A stretch of DNA of 64,000 bases. Origin: Macrostomum hystrix (lineage: Eukaryota > Animalia > Platyhelminthes). How positions within the stretch are numbered: position 1 is the first letter of the stretch; the number at the start of each line of letters is the position of its first letter. The stretch covers positions 4,526,001 to 4,590,000 of the forward strand of contig CATNEN010000011.1 in the NCBI GenBank assembly GCA_950097015.1, written 5' to 3'. Below the pieces are notes generated by a model that did no database searches, was not told the DNA's origin, and was given only the letters and a program-made list of their open reading frames with translations. The position numbers were made by a program, and so were the translations under genes. Shown in pieces: positions 1 through 12,187 of the stretch.

Positions 1-118
1 GACATGCCATTCTTTACGACATTTCATTCTTAAAGATAGTACATTCCTCAAAAATATTTTAGTCATAGTTTTTATTTTTTTAAGTTTAACTCTTTAATTG
101 CCACATTTCACTCTCCAG

Positions 119-1603
119 ATTCAAACACAAGCCTTCTCAACCAGCTACAAATGAAAATGTTCTACAACTTTCGAACTAAGGGCCTAGTTAATCAAGTGAA
201 CTCAAGCCAGTACTGCATGAATGCTCGAAATGTTGCTCTAGGCAGCGATGGCGCCACACTCATGGGTCACAATGATTCGTATCTACGTGTAAACACGCCA
301 GGATTCGAGCAGCATCTAGACTTTGACAAAAACTATTCCTTCTTCATACAGACACGGATTCGCATGACAAGCGGGTACAATTATACTTGTATCATCGTGG
401 AACTTTAAGAGAGAGTGTGAGGGATAGTGTGTAAAGTGGAGGGCTATAGAGACAGGAGGGAGTGATGTGGAGGGCTATAGAGACAGGAGGGTGTGATGTG
501 GAGGGCTATAGAGACAGGAGGGTGTGATGTGGAGGGCTATAGAGACAGGAGGGTGTGATGTGGAGGGCTATAGAGGCAGGAGGGTGTGATGTGGAGGGCT
601 ATAGAGACAGGAGGGTGTGATGTGAAGGCTATAGAGACAGGAGGGTGTGAGGTGGAGGGCTATAGAGACAGAAGGGTGTGAGGTGGAGGGCTAGAGACAG
701 GAGGGTGTGAGGTGGAGGGCTATAGAGACAGAAGGGTGTGAGGTGGAGGGCTATAGAGACAGAAGGGTGTGAGGTGGAGGGCTATAGAGACAGAAGGGTG
801 TGAGGTGGAGGGCTATAGAGACAGAAGGATGTGAGGTGGACGGTTTGATGGATAGATTTTGAGGTTGACGCTTAGGGGTTAGTGGAGGGTTAGGGGTACA
901 GGGTTTGAGTTTGACGCTTTGGGGGCAGGGTGTGAGTGGAGGGTTAGGGGGACAGGGTTAGTGGAGAGTTAGGGGTACAGGGTTTGAGGTTGACGCTTTG
1001 GGGGCAGGGTGTGAGTGGAGGGTTAGGGGGACAGGGTTTGAGGTGGATGCTTAGGTGGCAGGGTGTGAGTTGGAGGGTTAGGGTGATAGGGTGTGAGTTG
1101 AGGTTGAAAGGGCTGTGTCCGTTGTGTACGCTTAGGGTGATTACAAACTACAAAATCCTAATTGCACACCCGCCAGCTATCAATTCTTGCACCGGATGCA
1201 GCAGTGCGATGGCACGGATTCGGCGAGTACGTGGGCCAAGTCCGGTAGAAAAATGTACGCCTATTTCCATTGGATTAGTGGAGTTTTCCAGTACCAACGT
1301 TGGACGGCACCGGATATTTTTACGAACGACGATTCGTTGAGCCTCGTGTCGGCTGGGTATGCCTTCTCCGCCGGAGCTGAGGGTGTGAAATTCTACTTCA
1401 ACGGTTCGACTGTAGCCGCCCAGCCGACGCTGAATGGCACAGCGGGCAGCGCTCCGACCAGCCGGTTTCAATGCCTGCGCCTCGGATACAGCCTGGAAAC
1501 TGAGCAGTGCCTCGATGGCACGATTCGCTGCTACGGCATGAGCACTAGAGCTCTCAGCACTGCCGAATTTCAACAGCTTCAGCACTACTGCTCATCGGAA
1601 TGA
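119..1603 (+). CDS. LamG/concanavalin A-like (pentraxin-like) domain protein, 3' part; exons 119-374 and 1177-1603, upstream exons outside the window
   Basis: Acceptor ctccag at 117-118; donor GT 375 and acceptor AG 1175-1176 join in phase 2 to give ...FFIQTRIRMTSG-YQFLHRMQQ...; LamG-like pattern VKFYFNG...LRLG...LDGTIRCYGMSTRALS; aligns by eye with the gene at 8067-11156. Confidence 0.72.
436..842. repeat. 31-bp G-rich minisatellite (GTGGAGGGCTATAGAGACAGGAGGGTGTGA[T/G]), ~13 copies, intronic
   Basis: Directly visible tandem units inside intron 375-1176. Confidence 0.95.
850..1140. repeat. Degenerate G-rich tandem repeat containing TTAGGG(G) motifs
   Basis: Recurrent cttagggg/gggttagggg/cagggtttgag blocks. 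Confidence 0.8.
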
Positions 1604-1629
1604 GCTGCTGGGGATGAGCTGGGATGCAA

Positions 1630-1725
1630 GGGGTTTGTCAGCTTTGCCAGGTGTGTCAGCTTTGCCAGATGTGTCAGATGTGTCAGATGTGTCAGATGTG
1701 TCAGATGTGTCAGATGTGACAGGCG
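1630..1725. repeat. 9-bp tandem repeat (AGATGTGTC) just 3' of the stop codon
   Basis: Visible tandem units. Confidence 0.85.
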
Positions 1726-2042
1726 TGTCAATGTGAGAGCATTAACTGATAATAATTCTTAGTTTCTTGACTTTTCATTCAAATATTAATGCCACGACCT
1801 AGAGAAGCGTACTGTATTAACCATTTCGCATAAAGTACATCCTTAATATCAGGTTACTTCGAGGGTCTGTCAGTCACCTGAATATGCGCTTCAATAACCC
1901 TCGTGAGCAAGGCACGGCAGCAACGACACTATGGTCGCTATCGATTTTTTAAAGAATGGAAACCATGATGCTAATTTTCAACAAGTTTTAACCTACGTCG
2001 TTAAAATGTGTTAAGTGTCAGACACTCAAACATATTCGCACT

Positions 2043-2622
2043 TACAGATCATTTCAAAGTCTAACAGATCATTTCAAAGTCTAACAGATAATTTCAGAGT
2101 CTAACAGGTCATTTCAGAGTCTAACAGATCATTTCAGAGTCTAACAGGTCATTTCAGAGTCTAACAGATCATTTCAAAGTCTAACAGGTCATTTCAGAGT
2201 CTAACAGATCATTTCAAAGTCTAACAGATCATTTCAGAGTCTAACAGGTCATTTCAGAGTCTAAGAGTTCATTTCAGAGTCTAACAGATCATTTCAAAGT
2301 CTAACAGATCATTTCAGAGTCTAACAGGTCATTTCAGTGTCTAACAGGACATGTCAGTGTCTAACAGGTCATGTCAGTGTCTAACAGGTCATGTCAGTGT
2401 CTAACAGGTCATGTCAGTGTCTAACAGGTCATGTCAGTGTCTAACAGGTCATGTCAGTGTCTAACAGGTCATGTCAGTGTCTAACAGGTCATGCCAGAGT
2501 CTAACAGGTCACACCAGAGTCTAACAGATCACTTCAGTGTCTAACAGGACATGTCAGTGTCTAACAGGTCATGTCAGTGTCTAACAGGTCATGCCAGCGT
2601 CTAACAGGTCATGCCAGAGTCT
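2043..2622. repeat. 20-bp minisatellite (TCTAACAG[A/G]TCATTTCAGAG drifting to TCTAACAGGTCATGTCAGTG), ~29 copies
   Basis: 20-bp periodicity visible. Confidence 0.95.
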
Positions 2623-3021
2623 ATAAAGTGATGTTCTGATACATTTTTATGGAAAAATATTGCACTAAATCTGCGTCAACCTGACTTTTTCTGAGAAACA
2701 AAGCGAATGCAATTTTGTGAACTCTATAGGCAATGCAACTATGAACTGTGGAAATGATAAAAAAGCTGTTTAAAATCTACGATTCGTTTACACAATGCCT
2801 CGCATTAAAAACAAGCCCGCCATTGTGACAAATGGGAACCTCTCTATTCTTGTATTTTTTAATACAATCATTATTACACTTGTAGTCACTCAGTGCTTAA
2901 ACACAAACAATCTGTTTTTCTCTTGATTCCACCGCCAACTTTGCTTGCTACTGTGAACTATAATTACTAAATAGTACTTTAATGTTGTCCTTGAAGACTA
3001 TTCTAAAAAAATAAAACTTTC

Positions 3022-6000
3022 TGGATTGCTAGTCTATACCGTTCAATGAAGGAATATGATGGATTGCTAGTCTATACTGTTCAATGAAGGAATATGATGG
3101 ATTGCTAGTCTATACTGTTCAATGAAGGAATATGATGGATTGCTAGTCTATACCGTTCAATGAAGGAATATGATGGATTGCTAGTCTATACTGTTCAATG
3201 AAGGAATATGATGGATTGCTAGTCTATGCAGTTCAATGAAGGAATATGATGGATTGCTAGTCTATACCGTTCAATGAAGGAATATGATGGATTGCTAGTC
3301 TATACTGTTCAATGAAGGAATATGATGGATTGCTAGTCTATGCAGTTCAATGAAGGAATATGATGGATTGCTAGTCTATGCCGTTCAATGAAGGAATATG
3401 ATGGATTGCTAGTCTATACCGTTCAATGAAGGAATATGATGGATTGCTAGTCTATGCCGTTCAATGAAGGAATATGATGGATTGCTAGTCTATACAGTTC
3501 AATGAAGGAATATGATGGATTGCTAGTCTATACCGTTCAATGAAGGAATATGATGGATTGCTAGTCTATACCGTTCAATGAAGGAATATGATGGATTGCT
3601 AGTCTATACAGTTCAATGAAGGAATATGATGGATTGCTAGTCTATACAGTTCAATGAAGGAATATGATGGATTGCTAGTCTATACAGTTCAATGAAGGAA
3701 TATGATGGATTGCTAGTCTATACAGTTCAATGAAGGAATATGATGGATTGCTAGTCTATACAGTTCAGTGAAGGAATATGATGGATTGCTAGTCTATGCC
3801 GTTCAATGAAGGAATATGATGGATTGCTAGTCTATGCCGTTCAATGAAGGAATATGATGGATTGCTAGTCTATACTGTTCAATGAAGGAATATGATGGAT
3901 TGCTAGTCTATACCGTTCAATGAAGGAATATGATGGATTGCTAGTCTATACAGTTCAATGAAGGAATATGATGGATTGCTAGTCTATACCGTTCAATGAA
4001 GGAATATGATGGATTGCTAGTCTATACCGTTCAATGAAGGAATATGATGGATTGCTAGTCTATACAGTTCAATGAAGGAATATGATGGATTGCTAGTCTA
4101 TACAGTTCAATGAAGGAATATGATGGATTGCTAGTCTATGCCGTTCAATGAAGGAATATGATGGATTGCTAGTCTATACTGTTCAATGAAGGAATATGAT
4201 GGATTGCTAGTCTATGCAGTTCAATGAAGGAATATGATGGATTGCTAGTCTATACAGTTCAATGAAGGAATATGATGGATTGCTAGTCTATGCCGTTCAA
4301 TGAAGGAATATGATGGATTGCTAGTCTATACAGTTCAATGAAGGAATATGATGGATTGCTAGTCTATACAGTTCAATGAAGGAATATGATGGATTGCTAG
4401 TCTATGCCGTTCAATGAAGGAATATGATGGATTGCTAGTCTATACTGTTCAATGAAGGAATATGATGGATTGCTAGTCTATGCCGTTCAATGAAGGAATA
4501 TGATGGATTGCTAGTCTATGCCGTTCAATGAAGGAATATGATGGATTGCTAGTCTATGCCGTTCAATGAAGGAATATGATGGATTGCTAGTCTATGCCGT
4601 TCAATGAAGGAATATGATGGATTGCTAGTCTATACAGTTCAATGAAGGAATATGATGGATTGCTAGTCTATACTGTTCAATGAAGGAATATGATGGATTG
4701 CTAGTCTATACAGTTCAATGAAGGAATATGATGGATTGCTAGTCTATGCCGTTCAATGAAGGAATATGATGGATTGCTAGTCTATGCCGTTCAATGAAGG
4801 AATATGATGGATTGCTAGTCTATGCCGTTCAATGAAGGAATATGATGGATTGCTAGTCTATACAGTTCAATGAAGGAATATGATGGATTGCTAGTCTATA
4901 CTGTTCAATGAAGGAATATGATGGATTGCTAGTCTATACAGTTCAATGAAGGAATATGATGGATTGCTAGTCTATGCCGTTCAATGAAGGAATATGATGG
5001 ATTGCTAGTCTATGCCGTTCAATGAAGGAATATGATGGATTGCTAGTCTATACAGTTCAATGAAGGAATATGATGGATTGCTAGTCTATACTGTTCAATG
5101 AAGGAATATGATGGATTGCTAGTCTATACCGTTCAATGAAGGAATATGATGGATTGCTAGTCTATACAGTTCAATGAAGGAATATGATGGATTGCTAGTC
5201 TATGCCGTTCAATGAAGGAATATGATGGATAGCTAGTCTATACAGTTCAATGAAGGAATATGATGGGTTGCTAGTCTATGCAGTTCAATGAAGGAATATG
5301 ATGGATTGCTAGTCTATACAGTTCAATGAAGGAATATGATGGATTGCTAGTCTATACAGTTCAATGAAGGAATATGATGGATTGCTAGTCTATGCAGTTC
5401 AATGAAGGAATATGATGGATTGCTAGTCTATACAGTTCAATGAAGGAATATGATGGATTGCTAGTCTATACAGTTCAATGAAGGAATATGATGGATTGCT
5501 AGTCTATACAGTTCAATGAAGGAATATGATGGATTGCTAGTCTATACAGTTCAATGAAGGAATATGATGGATTGCTAGTCTATGCCGTTCAATGAAGGAA
5601 TATGATGGATTGTTAGTCTATACCGTTCAATGAAGGAATATGATGGATTGCTAGTCTATACAGTTCAATGAAGGAATATGATGGATTGCTAGTCTATACA
5701 GTTCAATGAAGGAATATGATGGATTGCTAGTCTATACAGTTCAATGAAGGAATATGATGGATTGCTAGTCTATACAGTTCAATGAAGGAATATGATGGAT
5801 TGCTAGTCTATACCGTTCAATGAAGGAATATGATGGATTGCTAGTCTATACAGTTCAATGAAGGAATATGATGGATTGCTAGTCTATACCGTTCAATGAA
5901 GGAATATGATGGATTGCTAGTCTATACAGTTCAATGAAGGAATATGATGGATTGCTAGTCTATACCGTTCAATGAAGGAATATGATGGATTGCTAGTCTA

Positions 6001-7725
6001 TACCGTTCAATGAAGGAATATGATGGATTGCTAGTCTATACCGTTCAATGAAGGAATATGATGGATTGCTAGTCTATGCCGTTCAATGAAGGAATATGAT
6101 GGATTGCTAGTCTATACAGTTCAATGAAGGAATATGATGGATTGCTAGTCTATGCCGTTCAATGAAGGAATATGATGGATTGCTAGTCTATACAGTTCAA
6201 TGAAGGAATATGATGGATTGCTAGTCTATACCGTTCAATGAAGGAATATGATGGATTGCTAGTCTATACCGTTCAATGAAGGAATATGATGGATTGCTAG
6301 TCTATACCGTTCAATGAAGGAATATGACGGATTGCTAGTCTATACAGTTCAATGAAGGAATATGATGGATTGCTAGTCTATACCGTTCAATGAAGGAATA
6401 TGATGGATTGCTAGTCTATGCCGTTCAATGAAGGAATATGATGGATTGCTAGTCTATACCGTTCAATGAAGGAATATGATGGATTGCTAGTCTATGCCGT
6501 TCAATGAAGGAATATGATGGATTGCTAGTCTATACCGTTCAATGAAGGAATATGACGGATTGCTAGTCTATACAGTTCAATGAAGGAATATGATGGATTG
6601 CTAGTCTATACAGTTCAATGAAGGAATATGATGGATTGCTAGTCTATGCCGTTCAATGAAGGAATATGATGGATTGCTAGTCTATACCGTTCAATGAAGG
6701 AATATGATGGATTGCTAGTCTATACCGTTCAATGAAGGAATATGATGGATTGCTAGTCTATGCCGTTCAATGAAGGAATATGATGGATTGCTAGTCTATA
6801 CAGTTCAATGAAGGAATATGATGGATTGCTAGTCTATGCCGTTCAATGAAGGAATATGATGGATTGCTAGTCTATACTGTTCAATGAAGGAATATGATGG
6901 ATTGCTAGTCTATGCCGTTCAATGAAGGAATATGATGGATTGCTAGTCTATACCGTTCAATGAAGGAATATGATGGATTGCTAGTCTATACTGTTCAATG
7001 AAGGAATATGATGGATTGCTAGTCTATACCGTTCAATGAAGGAATATGATGGATTGCTAGTCTATGCCGTTCAATGAAGGAATATGATGGATTGCTAGTC
7101 TATACCGTTCAATGAAGGAATATGACGGATTGCTAGTCTATACAGTTCAATGAAGGAATATGATGGATTGCTAGTCTATACAGTTCAATGAAGGAATACG
7201 ATGGATTGCTAGTCTATGCCGTTCAATGAAGGAATATGATGGATTGCTAGTCTATACCGTTCAATGAAGGAATATGATGGATTGCTAGTCTATACCGTTC
7301 AATGAAGGAATATGATGGATTGCTAGTCTATGCCGTTCAATGAAGGAATATGATGGATTGCTAGTCTATACAGTTCAATGAAGGAATATGATGGATTGCT
7401 AGTCTATGCCGTTCAATGAAGGAATATGATGGATTGCTAGTCTATACTGTTCAATGAAGGAATATGATGGATTGCTAGTCTATGCCGTTCAATGAAGGAA
7501 TATGATGGATTGCTAGTCTATACCGTTCAATGAAGGAATATGATGGATTGCTAGTCTATACTGTTCAATGAAGGAATATGATGGATTGCTAGTCTATACC
7601 GTTCAATGAAGGAATATGATGGATTGCTAGTCTATGCCGTTCAATGAAGGAATATGATGGATTGCTAGTCTATACAGTTCAATGCAGGAATATGATGGAT
7701 TGCTAGTCTATACCGTTCAATGAAG
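3022..7725. repeat. 38-bp minisatellite GGATTGCTAGTCTAT[A/G]C[A/C/T]GTTCAATGAAGGAATATGAT, ~124 copies
   Basis: Unit recurs at 3023, 3061 and onward; no spacers between units. Confidence 0.99.
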
Positions 7726-8066
7726 CCTTATTCAGAAAACAAAAAATGTTGCTATGACAACGCTGTTAGAAGGCACAAAAGAGTGCCAATGAAGCCGGTA
7801 CTATGCTAGCTGGGCATTGTAGCTAGTTTTTTATATATTCTTGCTTGTTATTTGAATTTTCTCTCACTGCATCGGGAGCTTATTATTGATTTATTAAAAA
7901 AAACTGATTGTCAAATAAAGCGTCCCATGTAGCAGGAAAACAGGAAATTTGTGTTTTTGGAAAATTTTAAATAATAAGATTTTTGTCTTTCATATATTGT
8001 GTCTCTATTTACAGTAGCTTTCTTCCTGCACTTTTAAGTCCGTTTTTTGTCGACGGCCATTCGCAA

Positions 8067-11000
8067 TCAGATGCTAGTCTTGTTGGCGCACCAGTTGTTG
8101 ACATCGATAAACTGATTCAGCTCTAATTGGCCCTGCGCAATCACGAAGCACTCAATCCAGCCACGAAGGCATCGGCTGGGATTGTCCGCGCGGAACACTC
8201 CGAGCCTGCGGAAAATATGAGGCCACGTCACTTTCACGAAATTTTATTTTACTTTCGCAAGAATTGATTTTTGCGAATTTTTTGCAAAATAGCTCTATCG
8301 ACCCCCAAAGCAGCGACCACGCGCTCCTATCGTGCTCTGTTAGGCTTAAAATCAGTTTGCGGTCGCCTTCGTTTCTGCGCTCGGAGTAGATCATTTGTAA
8401 GAGCGCAGCAGGCTGTCATAATACTGCCGTGTGAGTCACAGCAGAAAATATGGTCCTGCTGATGCGATCGGTGGAGCGATGGCTGCCAGTCTGGCAAAGT
8501 GACAGCCGATAGGACCTTCCGGAAAGAAAACGGCCATGTCCTACACGCAAAGTTATTCAACCGACTGATTCTCAATCGTGCCAGAACCGCACTCTGAGGT
8601 TCGAATAGGACGGATTATGGCCGCAGCGCGGGACAATGATCCGTATCCCTTTTCTCTGTGTCATGTCATCAAAGAGGTGCGCATCCGTCAGTCAACGCTG
8701 ATCATTGCCTTCATCGACTTGGTGCTGACAGCCGCGATCCCATTCGTCCTTCACGGCTCGTAACCACCATCATGTCGTTTATAGTAGCACAGCGACATGC
8801 AAGCTGTTCTGGTGATGGCGGATGGCATGTCTGACCTGTTCGACACCTCGTCAAGGGTGCTACGGGCAACACATTAGCGCCATTCGCAAATTAGTTAAAG
8901 ATCGAGCTTCTGGTCAACGGTCACCGCTACAACGAGAAGCGTCTCAGCGTGCTAGGCTGCGCCGATGGCCTAGACCTCCTGACATCATCAGTTGAAGGCA
9001 CCCAGCGACAAATTGACAGACTTGTCGATGTAGTGGTAAGCGTCAGCCAATTCGCCAACACGCGAAAGACTGTGATGTCTGCCAGAAGTTCATCTACCTC
9101 GGCGGTGTGGTGCCCAACGTAGAAGACTACCTCAGGCAGTCAAGAGGACTCGCCTGGGCGGCATATAGGTCGGTACGTGCCGTCCTTCAGTCCCAGAGAG
9201 TGCTCAGAACCTTGCTCCAGCTGCTCGCCTGACAGCGTCCGACTCGCTCCCAAATATCGGGGACTACATTATCTGCGATGCACTAAGTGCACTAAGTACA
9301 AAGTACATGGGGTTTACTTTGTCCGCCTGCTGGCACTGAAGCGCGTGATCTGATGCTGCTCCCCATCTGACTAGGACTTGAAAGAAGGTCAAATTGCGCG
9401 ACTTAATTTCTTAATTGAATTAGAGATCACTCCGCAAATTTGGATTGTCAAAACAGAACAAACCTCATGCACTGAAAGCTAGCCAGTTCGCTAGCATTGG
9501 TGGCAACCGAATCTGCATCGATGGGTGCGGTGACGCCGACACCAGACTGGTACATCTGGGCAGCGAGTGTTATCGGATCAATCTTAAAGCCAAATCCTTT
9601 ATAGAGCCCGGCTGTGCTCAGAGGAAAACTTCCAGCCGAACTCGGATAGTTGCGGTAGGCTGGTCGAGTTGAGAGAACGTAGCGGACGACTAGCCGACCG
9701 TCGCTTTTAACAGCGAACTGATTGCCGTAGGCGAAGTTGGCGCAGTTAAACAAATAGTAGAAATAGTTAAACAAATCGCTGGAAGGTTGTTTTGAAAATT
9801 GTTTTTTTACTCCTGATCCAACTGAGAGGGCGTGAGTGGCAGAGCGGTTAACGCGTCTGCCTCTAGCACCAAGGTCTCTGCACTCTGCGATGCCACTTTT
9901 TTGGGGCGCAGCCGCGGAGAGAAGGCTTGGAGCATGTCGCCTAATTTCCGTCCTTGAAGGCCAACCTTAAAGAAACAGTGAGAGAGTGTACACCGCCTGA
10001 CGATGAGAAAGTCAGGTCAGATGTGCACACCCTCCATGAGCGAGTGCATGCGTACGGTATCTGTGTGCGTGTGTGCTCAGCAGTCGGCGAAATGGGCAGA
10101 ATTGCCTCCTCGCTGGCTGCGGTTCTACTGTCACGAAGTGCCTGCCTGCCATTGCCTGCAGCTCTCCTTAAAATATTATGATTACTATTGTATTATAATG
10201 CAATTCTAGTTGAGCAATGTATACAGCTAGTAGAACAGCTATTCAAAGGCGCATCCAAAAGCTTTGTACAGCTGTTCAGTCCATGGACTGGAAAAGCTAC
10301 CACAATTGCCCAAACTTCTAGCCAGCTAATGCTGGGACCAATTTAAGAAATCGATAAATAATGATGCAATTTTCTATTGGCTGAAATATCGACCTCTCGA
10401 CCTTTGAACAGGACGTCGTCAAACTGCGAGGCTACAGCTTCCACGTTACACCTACTGTACTCACTTCCCGCTGAAGTCGAATTTGGCCCTCATAAAGACA
10501 GTCACATTGGGCTCCGGCACGAACAGATCCTCGATGCCATCAGCCGTGCTCACATCCACGTAGGACGCTAGGTTGCCGGCCACGAACACTCCCATGGACT
10601 TGTTGAGTGGAGCCGACACCAGCACCGGAGTGTGCGGATTCTGGCGCACAGGTGCCAGGTTGAAGGGGCCAACACGGAAGTGGTACAGAATCCGCAGTGA
10701 GCTCTCTGAGATGCTGCTGGGCAGGTCGGCCGTGTGAGCTGCGGTTGTGAGATCGCACGAAATCAATGTACTCAGGGCTGCGACTGAGACTAGAAAAATC
10801 ATGTCACACATCAGACACTCACAGTGCTGGAACTGGCCAAGCCTCTGTCTGTTCACAAACGAGTCGCATTGTCCACCGTACAGCCATGCAGTGAGGAAGG
10901 CCTCGGCAGTCGCCAGCAGACACAGCTGAGACATCATGGTGGCAGCTGCGCAGCTCTGCCTCGTGTGGCAGCTCAGCACACAGCCAGCGATGCTGCGGTC

Positions 11001-11156
11001 GGTCAGCTGGTGAGTCGGTAGCTTCCACACTCCGTCAGCGGGCAGATCGGCAGACGGACAGGCCTGCAGCCTTTCGTAGTCTGTGGCGCCCACGGTAGAA
11101 CTTGCATCAGAAGTGCAACAGGTAATGTGTAGTACAACAATAAATAGAGCAAACAT
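8067..11156 (-). CDS. Secreted PAN/apple-like + LamG/concanavalin-like domain protein (~381 aa); exons 11156-10465, 9778-9464, 8205-8067
   Basis: Signal-like MFALFIVVLHITCCTSDA; PAN-like SIAGCVLSCHTRQSCAAATMMSQLCLL; donors GTGAGT (10464) and GTTTGT (9463); acceptors ttccag and ccgcag; exon sum 1146 nt in frame; ends RLGVFRADNPSRCLRGWIECFVIAQGQLELNQFIDVNNWCANKTSI*. Confidence 0.8.
8400..9330 (+). pseudogene. Degenerate non-LTR (LINE, RTE-like) reverse transcriptase relic inside intron 2 of the LamG-like gene
   Basis: Decayed RT motifs in broken frames: KLFNRLILNR, IKEVRIRQSTLIIAFIDL, and LSVLGCADGLDLLTSSVEGTQRQIDRL (corresponds to YADD). Confidence 0.65.
9826..10205 (+). mobile_element. tRNA-derived SINE family 1, copy with B-box deletion
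   Basis: A-box TGGCAGAGCGG; body GGGGCGCAGCCGCGGAGAGAAGGCTTGG...GTGTACAC..CCTGACGATGAGAAAGTCAGG shared with copies at 30120 and 39400. Confidence 0.8.
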
Positions 11157-11529
11157 TTCTCAGTTCTGTCTGTTTCTTATTTCCTTTGGATGGGAGGAAC
11201 GAGTGACATAGCAAATAAATAGCTCGCAGAGACTGGAGTGCTTTTGACAAAGCAATTCAAATAATGAAAAGTGCCAAACTACGCGTAAAATACATACGCT
11301 TGTGCTTGCATCCCAATTGGGATTGGGATTTGGATATTTTGATTGGCTGCAGCTGAAAATTACAGTGTGAAGAGAATCCCTAAGCGGAGGTATTTCCAAG
11401 TTCGTTTGGCTGCTGGATTGCATATTCAGCATAATTAGACCTTTTTAATTGGAGCAACGGTCTCAAGCTATTCTGAGTCTAAACATAAGGTTAATTTAAG
11501 TTCGATAATTCTGACTGATTCAGCATTAG

Positions 11530-11740
11530 CACGAATACGCGGCGAGGCTACATTCATTTCGGGGGCGGAGAAAAGGCTTGAGGTCTTTGTTGTGCATGTT
11601 AGGCACTTCAGGGACAACCCCCAAGGCACAGTGAGAGTGTACAGTTCCTGACGATATAAGAAAGAAGTACACACATGTGTGGGTGTGCTTAAGGCACGGC
11701 GGAATTGCCTCTTTTGCTGGCGCCAGCTCGACTGTCACAA
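11530..11740 (+). mobile_element. SINE family 1 fragment
   Basis: Body motifs gcggcgaggc..., aaggcacagtgagagtgtac, cctgacgat. Confidence 0.65.
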
Positions 11741-11766
11741 AAATTGACTAACAGCCCTTCTGCTGT

Positions 11767-12020
11767 TGTCAGGCAGTGACAATAATATAAACGGATATGC
11801 TGCTGCTGCTGTGGTAAGGTAGAAAGTTTCTCCTTTGGGGCAAAGCCCCGCGCTTGCTTTATTGATAATACGAGTTATAGAGTACAGTGGAAGCTTGGAG
11901 GTTGTCTATGGTTCAAACGTAGTGAACGAGAATTGGGGCAGACTAATGCAAATGAATATATATGAATATATGAAGATTGCGTACTTTGTAATAGCATATG
12001 GAGGATTCGGGAATCCGACA
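11767..12020 (-). repeat. 3' LTR of the BEL/Pao element
   Basis: Direct repeat of 18277-18530; AATAAA on the sense strand followed by the hairpin GGGGC-TTT-GCCCC (11837-11849). Confidence 0.95.
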
Positions 12021-12187
12021 GGCTGGGGGGCAGAACGATTAACAGTTGGAGGATTCGGGAATTCGACAGGGGCTGGGGGCGGAGCGATGAACAGAATTGT
12101 TGATGTGGATCAACTAACATTGATTAGACAGTAAGACAATTGTCCGGAATTGTTGCAAGTTCAACTGCTATGTGCTAGTCAAGGAAG

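Noticed and set aside
1148-1585. 145-aa minus-strand ORF
   Set aside because: Antisense shadow of the LamG-like exon.
3022-7725. CRISPR-like array (38-bp unit; reverse strand contains CATTGAAC)
   Set aside because: Units abut with no unique spacers, there are no cas genes, and the context is eukaryotic.
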